From Bacteroidota bacterium (lineage in GTDB: Bacteria > Bacteroidota > Bacteroidia > Chitinophagales > BACL12): a stretch of 64,000 nucleotides of DNA. A program made the position numbers and the translations under genes. Location of the stretch: positions 9,150-73,149 of the forward strand of contig JAKQVC010000058.1 of NCBI GenBank assembly GCA_029571985.1. The letters are read 5' to 3'. The notes below the pieces were generated by a model that saw only the letters and a program-made list of their open reading frames with translations, ran no database searches and was not told where the DNA came from. Below are positions 39,256 to 48,319 of the stretch, in pieces (the first letter of the stretch is position 1; every line of letters begins with the position of its first letter).

Positions 39256-42200
39256 ATGCAAATAAAAAAATACGCTATGCACAAATTGATAGTTTATGGA
39301 TTGTTGTTCATGACAATGACAACCGCAACGGCTCAAACAAGTGGTTCAAGCTCCAGTTCCGGAAGCAACTCAACCCAGTCCGGCAACACAGGTAAGCCAC
39401 CAACCGCAAGCAGTTCTTCGGTGAGTTCAACAGGTCAAACCGTTGGTCCTGTTCGCGTAGATCCGGGCACGCCTGATCCGTTTACAATATTTAATCAGAC
39501 AACAGGTGCTTCGGGTGCACAGCAATTAGATGGTGGTAAATACCCCTATATGCAAGTGCCTGGCGATCCAACCCGCACGCGTATTTATACACTGAAAAAT
39601 GGTATGAAAGTATACCTCAGTCAGAACAAAACAGAACCGCGTATTCAAACCTATATCGCCGTGCGCACCGGGTCAAACAACGACCCAAAAGAAACGACCG
39701 GTTTGGCGCACTATCTGGAACATATGATGTTTAAGGGAACCTCCCAAATTGGTACTACCGGTTGGGACCGTGAGCAAATGGTGATTAACGGTATTTCACA
39801 ATTATATGAGAAACATCGCAAAGAAACAGACCCTGAAAAAAAGAAAGAAATCTATCGCGAGATTGATTTGATGAGTCAGGAGGCCGCAAAATTTGCAGTG
39901 CCAAACGAATATGATAAAATGATTACTTCCTTAGGTGCAAAAGGAACTAATGCCTATACCAGCAAGGAGCAAACCGTTTATGTAAACGATATCCCGTCAA
40001 ACGAACTGGATAAATGGCTGCTCATTGAAAGCGAACGTTTCCGCACTTGTGTGTTGCGCCTGTTCCACACTGAAATGGAAGCTGTATATGAGGAATACAA
40101 CATGAGTCAGGATCGCGATGGAAGTAAAATGTTTGAAGCGTATTATAAAGCATTATTTCCAACAACACCATACGGACAACAAACTACTATTGGCGAGGGT
40201 GAACATTTAAAAAACCCATCCATGGTAAATATCATGGGATATTTCTATACCTATTATGTGCCTAATAATATGGCTATTTGTTTGAGTGGTGATATCGATT
40301 ATGATAAAACAATTGCCCTCATTGATGCCTACTTTGGCGGATATTTCAATAAGCCTGTTGATGTACGTCATTTCGATAAAGAAAAACCATTAATGGAAGT
40401 GCAGCGCCGTGACGTTTACGGACAGGAAGCTGCAAGCCTGATGATGGGTTGGAAATTCCCAGGCGCCAATACCAAAGAAGGTATGCTGGGTGAGCTGGTT
40501 GCAGGCATGTTGTATAATGCACAGGCGGGTTTAATTGACCTGAATTTAAATCAACAGCAAAAGGTATTGTCAGCACAGACTTATTACACCGAGTGGCGTG
40601 ATTACAGTGTATTGACGATGACCGCATCTCCACGTGATGGTCAAACCCTGGAAGAATGTGAGCAGTTGATGCTCGCGCAAATTGAAAAACTGCGAAAAGG
40701 GGAGTTTGATGATTGGCTGATTAATGCGGTTGTCAATGATTATAAACTTTCGCGCACCCGCTCCTTCGAAACAAATTCAGGCAGAGCAAGCGCATTTGTT
40801 TCGGCATTTATTCGCGGGATAGAGTGGGGGTCTTATGTGAACCGATATAATTCCATGGAAAAGATTACCAAGCAGGAGGTAATGGAATTTGTGAATGAAT
40901 ATCTGGGTGCCAGTAATTATGCGATTATCTATAAGCGTCAGGGTGAGGATAAAAATGTAAAGAAAGTTGAGAAGCCTGCCATAACTCCTGTTGAAGCGAA
41001 TCGAGATGTACAATCGCAATTTTTAACGGATTTCATGAAATTGCCCGGAACACGCATTCAGCCGGATTTTGTTGATTACAAAGAACGCATTAAAAATGTG
41101 CCTTTGACGAACGGCGTGCCATTAAATTATATCCGTAATAATGAAAATGATTTGTTTGAATTGTATTACATATTTGATATGGGTACAAATTATGACGCCA
41201 CATTAGAATTTGCGATTAATTTTCTACCTTATCTCGGAACGGATAAATACAGTCCTGCTGAACTGCAGAAAGAGTTCTTTAAATTGGGATTGTCCTTTAA
41301 TGTGAATGTATCCACTGACCGTGTGTACGTTTCCTTGTCCGGACTGGAAGCCAATCTCGAAAAAGGTATTCAGTTATTTGAGCATCTCCTAAATAATGTG
41401 GTACCTGACAATAAGGCGTATAAAGAATTTGTTGACGGTATTGAAAAGGAACGCACCGATTTAAAATCAAATAAATCTTATATCCTTTCTGGTGCATTGG
41501 CAACCTATGCACGTTATGGCGCCGATAATCCGCAAACAAGTGATTTAACTATTCAGGAATTAAAAAACACCCTGCCGTCAGAATTAACCACTCAAATCAA
41601 ACAATTAACTGGATTTAAGCATCGCGTATTTTATTATGGTATGAAGGATATTGACGCAGTAAAAGGCCTGCTGGATACCTATCATAAAACACCGGCCACT
41701 TTGCAGGATTATCCAAAACCGATTGTATATACCGAGCAGGAAACAAAATCGAATCAAATACTCTTTGTGCATTATCCAATGGGACAGGCTCAGGTGATGT
41801 TTATGTCGAAGGATGAAACCTTTAATAAATCCCTGCTGTCGGAGGCTCGTTTATTCAATGAATATTTTGGCAGCGGATTAAGCAGTATTGTTTTCCAGGA
41901 AATTCGTGAAACAAAAGCCTTGGCTTATTCAGCATATGCGAGCTTTACAACGCCCGCTAATGCAAACGAAGCGCATTATGTGCGCGCTGCCGTAAGTACG
42001 CAATACGATAAAATGCCGGCTGCTATAAATGCCATGCTTGATATCATGAGTAATATGCCTCAGGCGCAAGAGCAATTTGATGCAAGCCTCGAATCTGCAC
42101 TCAAACAAATAGAAAGCGAACGTATCGTAAGAAGTAACGTGTATTGGAGTTATGAGAATGCATTGCGTAAAGGAATTAATTATGATATTCGTCGGGATAT

Positions 42201-42378
42201 TTATATGCAAATGCGTGGCATGAGTATGCAGGATTTGCAGGGATTTTTCGACGACCACATCAGCGATCGTCATTATACCATTCTTGTAATGGGCGATCGC
42301 GCGAAACTTGACCTCAATTATCTGAAAACAATGGGCGAATTCAGGGAGGTGACACTCGAAGAAATTTTCGGGTATTAA
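39256..42378 (+). CDS. M16-family (pitrilysin/insulinase-like) zinc peptidase, tandem-unit type
   Basis: HYLEHMMFKG (HxxEH) active-site motif; 1040 aa with two M16 halves. There is a signal peptide, then a Ser-rich linker. The start could be the ATG at 39277. Confidence 0.9.
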   Translation: MQIKKYAMHKLIVYGLLFMTMTTATAQTSGSSSSSGSNSTQSGNTGKPPTASSSSVSSTGQTVGPVRVDPGTPDPFTIFNQTTGASGAQQLDGGKYPYMQVPGDPTRTRIYTLKNGMKVYLSQNKTEPRIQTYIAVRTGSNNDPKETTGLAHYLEHMMFKGTSQIGTTGWDREQMVINGISQLYEKHRKETDPEKKKEIYREIDLMSQEAAKFAVPNEYDKMITSLGAKGTNAYTSKEQTVYVNDIPSNELDKWLLIESERFRTCVLRLFHTEMEAVYEEYNMSQDRDGSKMFEAYYKALFPTTPYGQQTTIGEGEHLKNPSMVNIMGYFYTYYVPNNMAICLSGDIDYDKTIALIDAYFGGYFNKPVDVRHFDKEKPLMEVQRRDVYGQEAASLMMGWKFPGANTKEGMLGELVAGMLYNAQAGLIDLNLNQQQKVLSAQTYYTEWRDYSVLTMTASPRDGQTLEECEQLMLAQIEKLRKGEFDDWLINAVVNDYKLSRTRSFETNSGRASAFVSAFIRGIEWGSYVNRYNSMEKITKQEVMEFVNEYLGASNYAIIYKRQGEDKNVKKVEKPAITPVEANRDVQSQFLTDFMKLPGTRIQPDFVDYKERIKNVPLTNGVPLNYIRNNENDLFELYYIFDMGTNYDATLEFAINFLPYLGTDKYSPAELQKEFFKLGLSFNVNVSTDRVYVSLSGLEANLEKGIQLFEHLLNNVVPDNKAYKEFVDGIEKERTDLKSNKSYILSGALATYARYGADNPQTSDLTIQELKNTLPSELTTQIKQLTGFKHRVFYYGMKDIDAVKGLLDTYHKTPATLQDYPKPIVYTEQETKSNQILFVHYPMGQAQVMFMSKDETFNKSLLSEARLFNEYFGSGLSSIVFQEIRETKALAYSAYASFTTPANANEAHYVRAAVSTQYDKMPAAINAMLDIMSNMPQAQEQFDASLESALKQIESERIVRSNVYWSYENALRKGINYDIRRDIYMQMRGMSMQDLQGFFDDHISDRHYTILVMGDRAKLDLNYLKTMGEFREVTLEEIFGY

Positions 42379-42403
42379 TTCTTGAAATTCATTTCCTATT
42401 TAC

Positions 42404-42438
42404 AAAGGCTGTCGCAGAAATTGTGACAGCCTTTTTTT
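42404..42438 (+). terminator. rho-independent terminator after the M16 peptidase gene
   Basis: Stem AAAGGCTGTC / GACAGCCTTT (42404-42413 and 42425-42434), merging into the run CTTTTTTT (42431-42438). Confidence 0.7.
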
Positions 42439-42507
42439 ATGCATCATCTTATCGCAACCGCCTATCATGTGCATATACCCACCGGCGCTAACCTGCTTTC
42501 CAAACCG

Positions 42508-42755
42508 AAGACTCGGGACACCACTGCCCTCTGCCGGCCAATCATCTACCACATTTTCACACTTTCACACGCTCACATTTGCATTCCATCCCGAGTACTC
42601 GGGACTCCGCTGCGCTACGTCGGCTAATCATCCAATCGGCTAATCCCGAGTACTCGGGACTCCGCTACGCTGCGTCGGCTAATCATCCAATCGGCTAATC
42701 ATCCAATCGGCTAATCGGCTAATCGGCTAATTGGCTAATCGGCTAATCGGCTAAT
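42508..42755 (+). repeat. composite intergenic repeat: CACAnnTT octamers, two 55-bp units each with a perfect 16-bp palindrome, then 10 tandem CGGCTAAT/CATCCAAT octamers
   Basis: TCCCGAGTACTCGGGA occurs at 42589-42604 and 42644-42659, with a half copy ACTCGGGAC at 42511-42519. The octamer array spans 42676-42755. Confidence 0.9.
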
Positions 42756-42815
42756 CCCCCTCTTCCCAACATAACGTATTACTCCGTATTTTCGCACCAT
42801 AATACTCTAGACTGT

Positions 42816-44045
42816 ATGGCAGAAGTGATTAGAATGCCCCGTATGAGCGATACCATGACCGAAGGCACCTTTGTGGAATGGCATAAAAAGGTTGGGGATA
42901 CGGTTAAATCCGGTGATATTCTTGCCGAAGTGGAAACCGATAAGGCAACCATGGAGCTTGAAAACTATGTGAAAGGCACCCTCCTGTACATTGGCGTTGA
43001 AAAAGGCCAGGCTGCTCAGGTAGACCAGATTATCGCTATCGTTGGCAAAGAGGGTGAAGATTTCCAGGCGCTGTTACAAGATGCCCCGGTGGCTAAATCA
43101 GAACCTAAAACTGAGGTTGCACCTGTTTCGGAGCCAAAAACAAGCGCTCCTGTTGAAACACAATCAGAAAGTACTGACGACTCCAGAATAAAAGCTTCAC
43201 CACTCGCCAAAAAAATCGCGAAAGAAAAGGGCCTTGACCTGCAGGCTATTGCGGGCACTGGTCCTGATGGTCGTATTATTAAAAAAGACGTTGAGCAGGT
43301 TCAACCACAATCAACCCAAACATCAACCACCCAAACCGCTATCCAAACCACGGTTGCCGGCATTGAAAGTTTTGAGGAAATTCCGGTTTCGCAAATGCGT
43401 AAGGTTATTGCGCAGCGACTTGCACAAAGCAAATTCTCTGCACCGCATTTTTATCTGACCATTTCGGTTGATATGGACAATGCCATGGCTGCCCGTGCCT
43501 CGATGAATACGGTTAGTCCCGTGAAAATTTCCTTCAACGATATGATTGTGAAGGCTGCGGCGTTAGCATTGCGCAAAAATCCACAGGTAAATTCAAGTTG
43601 GCTAGGCGATAAAATTCGAATCAATAAACACGTGCACATCGGGGTAGCTGTTGCTATTCAGGATGGTCTCGTTGTACCGGTTTTGCGTTTCGCCGATCAT
43701 AAATCACTCGCACAACTTTCTGCTGAAACGGCTGATTTAGCTGCCCGCGCAAAAGATAGAAAATTGCAACCCGCCGATTGGGAGGGTAACACGTTCACCA
43801 TCTCGAACCTCGGCATGATGGGTATCGAAGAATTCACCGCTATTATCAACCCGCCTGATGCCTGTATTCTGGCAGTAGGTGGTATACAGCAAGTGCCGGT
43901 TGTGAAAAATGGACAGGTAGTTCCCGGAAATGTGATGAAACTTACCATGAGCTGCGATCACCGTGTGGTTGACGGAGCCGTGGGTGCACAATTCCTTAAA
44001 AACCTGAAGGAATACCTCGAAGATCCAGTGCGCATGCTTATTTAA
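42816..44045 (+). CDS. 2-oxoacid dehydrogenase E2 component (dihydrolipoamide acetyltransferase, PDH type)
   Basis: Lipoyl domain EVETDKATMELE, a Pro/Ala linker, a peripheral-subunit-binding domain ASPLAKK.A...G.DL..I.GTGP.GRI and the catalytic DHRVVDGA. Confidence 0.9.
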   Translation: MAEVIRMPRMSDTMTEGTFVEWHKKVGDTVKSGDILAEVETDKATMELENYVKGTLLYIGVEKGQAAQVDQIIAIVGKEGEDFQALLQDAPVAKSEPKTEVAPVSEPKTSAPVETQSESTDDSRIKASPLAKKIAKEKGLDLQAIAGTGPDGRIIKKDVEQVQPQSTQTSTTQTAIQTTVAGIESFEEIPVSQMRKVIAQRLAQSKFSAPHFYLTISVDMDNAMAARASMNTVSPVKISFNDMIVKAAALALRKNPQVNSSWLGDKIRINKHVHIGVAVAIQDGLVVPVLRFADHKSLAQLSAETADLAARAKDRKLQPADWEGNTFTISNLGMMGIEEFTAIINPPDACILAVGGIQQVPVVKNGQVVPGNVMKLTMSCDHRVVDGAVGAQFLKNLKEYLEDPVRMLI

Positions 44046-44082
44046 TGGTGAACTAATTCACGTCCGGGCGAATTATATAATT

Positions 44083-44445
44083 ATGCAAAAGAAAACGCTC
44101 GTAGTTGGCGCCAGCGAAAACCCGGAACGTTACGCGAATAAGGCTGTGCGTAAACTGAAACGCTATGGTCATCCGGTATTAGCTTTTGGTAAAGTGGGGG
44201 GAAGTATAGATGATACGCCAATAGAAACGGCTTGGCCCGAAAATGAGCAAATCGATACCATCACCCTTTACCTCAATCCTGCACACCAGCGCGCTTTTTA
44301 CGATAGAATTATACAAGCTGCTCCCAACAGGATTATTTTTAATCCGGGCACAGAAAATCCGGAACTGGAATCACTCGCCCAACAACACGGTATTGAAACG
44401 ATTGAAGCCTGTACCTTAGTTTTGCTCTCAGTCGACCAATATTAA
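44083..44445 (+). CDS. CoA-binding domain protein (YccU-like)
   Basis: KTLVVGASENPERYANKAV..L...G and IFNPGTEN motifs; 120 aa. Confidence 0.8.
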   Translation: MQKKTLVVGASENPERYANKAVRKLKRYGHPVLAFGKVGGSIDDTPIETAWPENEQIDTITLYLNPAHQRAFYDRIIQAAPNRIIFNPGTENPELESLAQQHGIETIEACTLVLLSVDQY

Positions 44446-44467
44446 TTCCCTCTACCATTACAGGCAT

Positions 44468-45139
44468 TTGAGAACAGCACTTTCACATACAGAAGAAAAC
44501 TACCTGAAGGCTATTTTCAAATTGTCGGAGCTGAATGATGACAAAGTAAGCACCAACTCAATTGCTGAAAAACTGAATACGACTGCAGCATCGGTGACAG
44601 ATATGCTGAAAAAACTGTCGACTAAAAAACTTATCAATTACGAAAAATACTACGGCGTTTCACTTACTGAGAAAGGCAAAAAAGTGGCCAAAGACTTAAT
44701 TCGCAAACACCGACTCTGGGAAACGTTTTTAGTAGATAAATTGAAATTTAGCTGGGATGAAGTAGATGAACTGGCCGAACAACTCGAACATATCCGCTCC
44801 GAAATTTTAACCGACCGCATCGACTTATTTCTTGGATATCCAAAATTTGACCCGCACGGCGACCCTATCCCCGATAAAAATGGCAATATTGCTTATCATG
44901 AAGATGTTACACTGGATGCCATGCATAAGGGCGATCAGGGTATTATTGTTGCCGTTATCGATCACGCACCTGCATTTTTACAATACCTCGATAAAATAAA
45001 TCTGGTTCTGCATACGCGTATTAAAATAAAAGAGGAAGAAGAATTTGACCAGAGCAAAACCATTATCCTCAATAATAAAATCGAAATCGTAATCTCTCAA
45101 AAGGTAGCGGCAAATTTACTGGTGCGTAAAGTGAAATAA
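44468..45139 (+). CDS. mntR: DtxR/MntR-family metal-dependent transcriptional repressor
   Basis: TEENYLKAI..L......V....IA..L....ASVT.M.KKL, RKHRLWE.FL and DPHG.PIP motifs. The start is TTG. It lies directly upstream of an Nramp transporter. Confidence 0.85.
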   Translation: MRTALSHTEENYLKAIFKLSELNDDKVSTNSIAEKLNTTAASVTDMLKKLSTKKLINYEKYYGVSLTEKGKKVAKDLIRKHRLWETFLVDKLKFSWDEVDELAEQLEHIRSEILTDRIDLFLGYPKFDPHGDPIPDKNGNIAYHEDVTLDAMHKGDQGIIVAVIDHAPAFLQYLDKINLVLHTRIKIKEEEEFDQSKTIILNNKIEIVISQKVAANLLVRKVK

Positions 45140-45322
45140 ACGTAAACCATCCGCTCCTCCGGCACCGGTATGCAATTGTTATCATTAGTTAGGTAAGGTG
45201 CTGTTCATGTAGGCCCAAAATAGCAATGCTTTCCGCTCTTTGGTTAAGAACCCGCTAGCCACAGCCGTTGTAACTGGTGATGTCTGCAGGCCGTTTTAGA
45301 ATTAGGTGTATATAATTAGTAA

Positions 45323-45338
45323 TTTAGACTAATCTAAA
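45323..45338. promoter_or_regulatory. candidate MntR/DtxR-type operator in the mntH promoter
   Basis: Imperfect palindrome TTTAGACTAATCTAAA (arms TTTAGA/TCTAAA) about 37 bp upstream of the mntH ATG. It loosely resembles AT-rich DtxR-family boxes (TTAG..TA..CTAA). Confidence 0.4.
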
Positions 45339-45374
45339 AAATATTTTATATTTGCCGTAAATTAGGAGGATGAG

Positions 45375-47261
45375 ATGAAGAATGAGTTTATATCGGCCGG
45401 CACCGGGAAATCGCTGGAAGATGTGCACAGCAGTGTAGATACCACCGGTCGTGGCTCCCGATGGAAAAGGTTTCTGGCATTCGTTGGCCCGGCTTATCTG
45501 GTAAGCGTAGGCTATATGGATCCGGGCAATTGGGCAACCGACCTGGCAGCAGGCAGCAGCTTTGGTTATACGCTCATTTGGGTTTTACTCATGAGTAACC
45601 TGATGGCTATCCTTTTGCAAAGTCATAGCGCCAGGCTCGGCATCGTGCGTGGTCAGGACCTGGCTCAGGCAAGCAGGGCTACCTATCCGCCAATGGTCAA
45701 TATTCCACTCTACATATTTGCCGAAATTGCCATAGCTGCTTGCGATTTAGCGGAGGTTTTAGGCTTGGCCATCGGATTAAATCTTTTATTCGGTATACCC
45801 TTGTTATGGGGGGTAAGCATTGCTGTACTGGATTGTATTTTATTGTTAATGATTCTCCATTTTGGTATTCGAAAAATGGAAGCCTTTATTATTTCAATGG
45901 TATTTATCATGGGGGCTTCTTTTTGTGTTGAAGTGTTTTTAGCCGGTCCGGAACCCGCAGGCATTTTCAGTGGATTTGTACCGTCAATTCCGAATAATAC
46001 AGCATTATATATTGCCATTGGTATTATCGGTGCAACAGTAATGCCGCATAATTTATATCTGCACAGCGCCTTAGTGCAAACGCGCAAATTTGAACCTACT
46101 AACGAAGGCAAGAAACGTGCAATTAAATTTAATTTAATTGATAGCACGATTGCGTTGAACCTTGCGTTTTTTGTGAATGCAAGTATTTTAATTCTGGCAG
46201 CAGCGGTTTTTTATGCAAACGGACTTACCAATATTGCAGATATTCAGGATGCGCATAAATTACTTGAGCCAATGCTGGGCACGCAGTGGGCTCCTATATT
46301 GTTTGCAGTGGCATTAATTGCCAGCGGACAGAGCTCAACTATTACGGGTACACTTGCCGGACAAATTATTATGGAAGGTTATCTCAACCTGCGCATCACC
46401 CCCTGGTTGCGGCGGTTAATAACCCGTCTGCTTGCCGTTATACCGGCATTCCTGGTCATATGGCTGAAAGGTGAAGATCAAACCGGTGAATTACTTATTT
46501 TATCTCAGGTTATCTTAAGTATGCAATTGGGCTTTGCCATTATTCCGTTGATACATTTTGTGAGTGATAAAAAACAAATGGGAATTTTTACCATCGGAAC
46601 ACTCGCGAAATTGGCCAGCTGGATTACTGCCATTATTATTATTTCATTGAATATCAAATTGGTGTTCAGCACCATAATGGATTTATTAAACCAACCTGAC
46701 AATTGGTGGGTTTATGTATTTGTAATACCAATTGCGGTGTATGGCATATGTTTATTATTGTATATCGCTATTAAACCATTTTTTGCTCAGTCGCCTGATC
46801 AGGTTCCACACGTACATCCCGTATTGCCGGCAATGCATATCACACAGTCCGTAGCATTTCATCGTGTTGCCATTGCAGTAGATTTTTCGATGCATGATCA
46901 AACTACTATTACGCATGCAATTTCAGCAGGTGGTAAGCAGGCCGAATATTTGCTGATTCATATTGTAGAAAGTGCAGGCGCTATTGCCTTCGGCAGATAT
47001 ACCAAAGATCAGGAATCGAAAAAAGACATGGAACAGCTCACGGCTTATGCAGATGCATTGCGTGAACAGGGATATACGGTAGAACCTGTTTTAGGATTTG
47101 GCAGACCTACCAGGTCAATCCCCGATATCGTAAATTCCAGACAGGCAGACATACTGGTAATGGGTGCACATGGACACAGAGGTATAAAGGATCTCATTTT
47201 TGGTCAAACCATTAATACGGTGCGCCACCGCATTCAAATCCCCATTTTAGCAGCGAAATAA
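45375..47261 (+). CDS. mntH: Nramp-family divalent metal (Mn2+/Fe2+) transporter fused to a C-terminal universal stress protein (Usp) domain
   Basis: GPAYLVSVGYMDPGNWATDL, GATVMPHNLYLHS and 11-12 TM segments. The last ~140 aa read RVAIAVDFS....I.HA........LIHIVES...ADILVMGAHGHRG..DLIFG.T...V, which is Usp-like. Confidence 0.9.
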   Translation: MKNEFISAGTGKSLEDVHSSVDTTGRGSRWKRFLAFVGPAYLVSVGYMDPGNWATDLAAGSSFGYTLIWVLLMSNLMAILLQSHSARLGIVRGQDLAQASRATYPPMVNIPLYIFAEIAIAACDLAEVLGLAIGLNLLFGIPLLWGVSIAVLDCILLLMILHFGIRKMEAFIISMVFIMGASFCVEVFLAGPEPAGIFSGFVPSIPNNTALYIAIGIIGATVMPHNLYLHSALVQTRKFEPTNEGKKRAIKFNLIDSTIALNLAFFVNASILILAAAVFYANGLTNIADIQDAHKLLEPMLGTQWAPILFAVALIASGQSSTITGTLAGQIIMEGYLNLRITPWLRRLITRLLAVIPAFLVIWLKGEDQTGELLILSQVILSMQLGFAIIPLIHFVSDKKQMGIFTIGTLAKLASWITAIIIISLNIKLVFSTIMDLLNQPDNWWVYVFVIPIAVYGICLLLYIAIKPFFAQSPDQVPHVHPVLPAMHITQSVAFHRVAIAVDFSMHDQTTITHAISAGGKQAEYLLIHIVESAGAIAFGRYTKDQESKKDMEQLTAYADALREQGYTVEPVLGFGRPTRSIPDIVNSRQADILVMGAHGHRGIKDLIFGQTINTVRHRIQIPILAAK

Positions 47262-47292
47262 TCTCCTGCCTGCACTTGTGTATCTTTGTGGG

Positions 47293-47682
47293 GTGAGAAA
47301 TCCATTTCGCCCCGGAGATAAACAAGTGTATGAAAAGGTAGTACAACCTGATGAGATTGCTGCATTTGAAAGCGGCATCGTACACCATGTCTATAGCACG
47401 TTTAGTCTTGCAAAAGACGCTGAGTGGAGTACCCGTCTGTTTGTGCTCGATATGAAGGAAGAAGATGAAGAGGGGATAGGCACCTTTATTGAAGTATACC
47501 ACCGCTCGCCGGCAAAAGTAAATAGCAAGGTTACCTTTACCGCTACACTTGAAGAGGTAAACGGACATGAAATTGTGTGTTCTTTTATCGCAACTGTAGG
47601 CGACCGGCTAATTGCTGAAGGCAGAACCGGACAAAAAATATTAAAAAAATCTAAAGTGAATAGCTTGCTTGAAAAGCTGTAA
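47293..47682 (+). CDS. hotdog-fold thioesterase-like protein
   Basis: ~130-aa ORF with E.GIGT....H.SPA..G..V...A.L.EV.G.E.......VGDRLIA.G..GQ. I prefer the GTG at 47293 (RNPFRPGD); the listed ORF starts at 47278. Confidence 0.6.
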   Translation: MRNPFRPGDKQVYEKVVQPDEIAAFESGIVHHVYSTFSLAKDAEWSTRLFVLDMKEEDEEGIGTFIEVYHRSPAKVNSKVTFTATLEEVNGHEIVCSFIATVGDRLIAEGRTGQKILKKSKVNSLLEKL

Positions 47683-47687
47683 CGTAA

Positions 47688-48146
47688 ATGAAGCCTCAGG
47701 AATTAAATGTGCGGAATAAACGGGCAACCTTCGAGTTTGAAATAATCGACAGGTATGTGGCTGGTATTATGTTGCGTGGCAGTGAAATTAAAAGTGTGCG
47801 TGAAGGTAAAGTAAGCATGAATGATGCTTATTGTCAGTTTCGCGATGGCGAATTATGGATTAAAAACTTAAATATTTCCGAATACAAACAGGCAACAGTT
47901 TGGCAACACGAACCGTTGCGTATGCGCAAATTATTACTCAGTAAAAAAGAACTCGGTAAACTCTTAGCCAAAGTTAAGGAACGCGGGTTTACCATTATTC
48001 CATTGCGCCTGTTTATGAATGAACGCGGTTTTGCAAAAATTGAAATAGCATTGGCAAGAGGAAAAAAAGTACACGACAAACGTGCTTCCATCAAAGAAAA
48101 AGATCAAAAACGCGACCTCGACCGATCTCTGCAACGATATAAGTAA
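47688..48146 (+). CDS. smpB: SsrA-binding protein
   Basis: N.RA.F.FEI.....AGI.L.G.EIKS.R.GK....DAYC, EYK and RKLLL...E motifs. Confidence 0.95.
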   Translation: MKPQELNVRNKRATFEFEIIDRYVAGIMLRGSEIKSVREGKVSMNDAYCQFRDGELWIKNLNISEYKQATVWQHEPLRMRKLLLSKKELGKLLAKVKERGFTIIPLRLFMNERGFAKIEIALARGKKVHDKRASIKEKDQKRDLDRSLQRYK

Positions 48147-48187
48147 TGGCCAATATCTCCTCCTTCAAGCAGGGTTCTCTGGGAAAT

Positions 48188-48315
48188 TGTGTTCAGGTGT
48201 TCATGTGTTCATGTTCAAAACCCAACTCCACTCACCACTCACCACTCACCACTCACCACTCACCACTCACCACTCACCTTATTCCTCATTCCTCATTCCT
48301 CATTCCTCATTCCTA
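48188..48315 (+). repeat. three consecutive short tandem repeat arrays filling the smpB/pcm convergent spacer
   Basis: kGTGTTCA x3.5 lies at 48188-48217, CCACTCA x7 at 48228-48276 and ATTCCTC x4 plus a degenerate copy at 48281-48315. The + strand has no G for about 120 nt. Confidence 0.95.
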
Positions 48316-48319
48316 CCAA

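Noticed and set aside
42439-42627. 62-aa ORF in the M16/E2 spacer
   Set aside because: It runs through the CACAnnTT and palindrome repeats, starts inside the terminator T-run and has a low-complexity His/Pro/Thr composition.
45140-45374. Mn2+ (yybP-ykoY) riboswitch upstream of mntH
   Set aside because: I could not find the conserved four-way-junction sequence blocks. A protein operator is the more plausible control, given the adjacent MntR.
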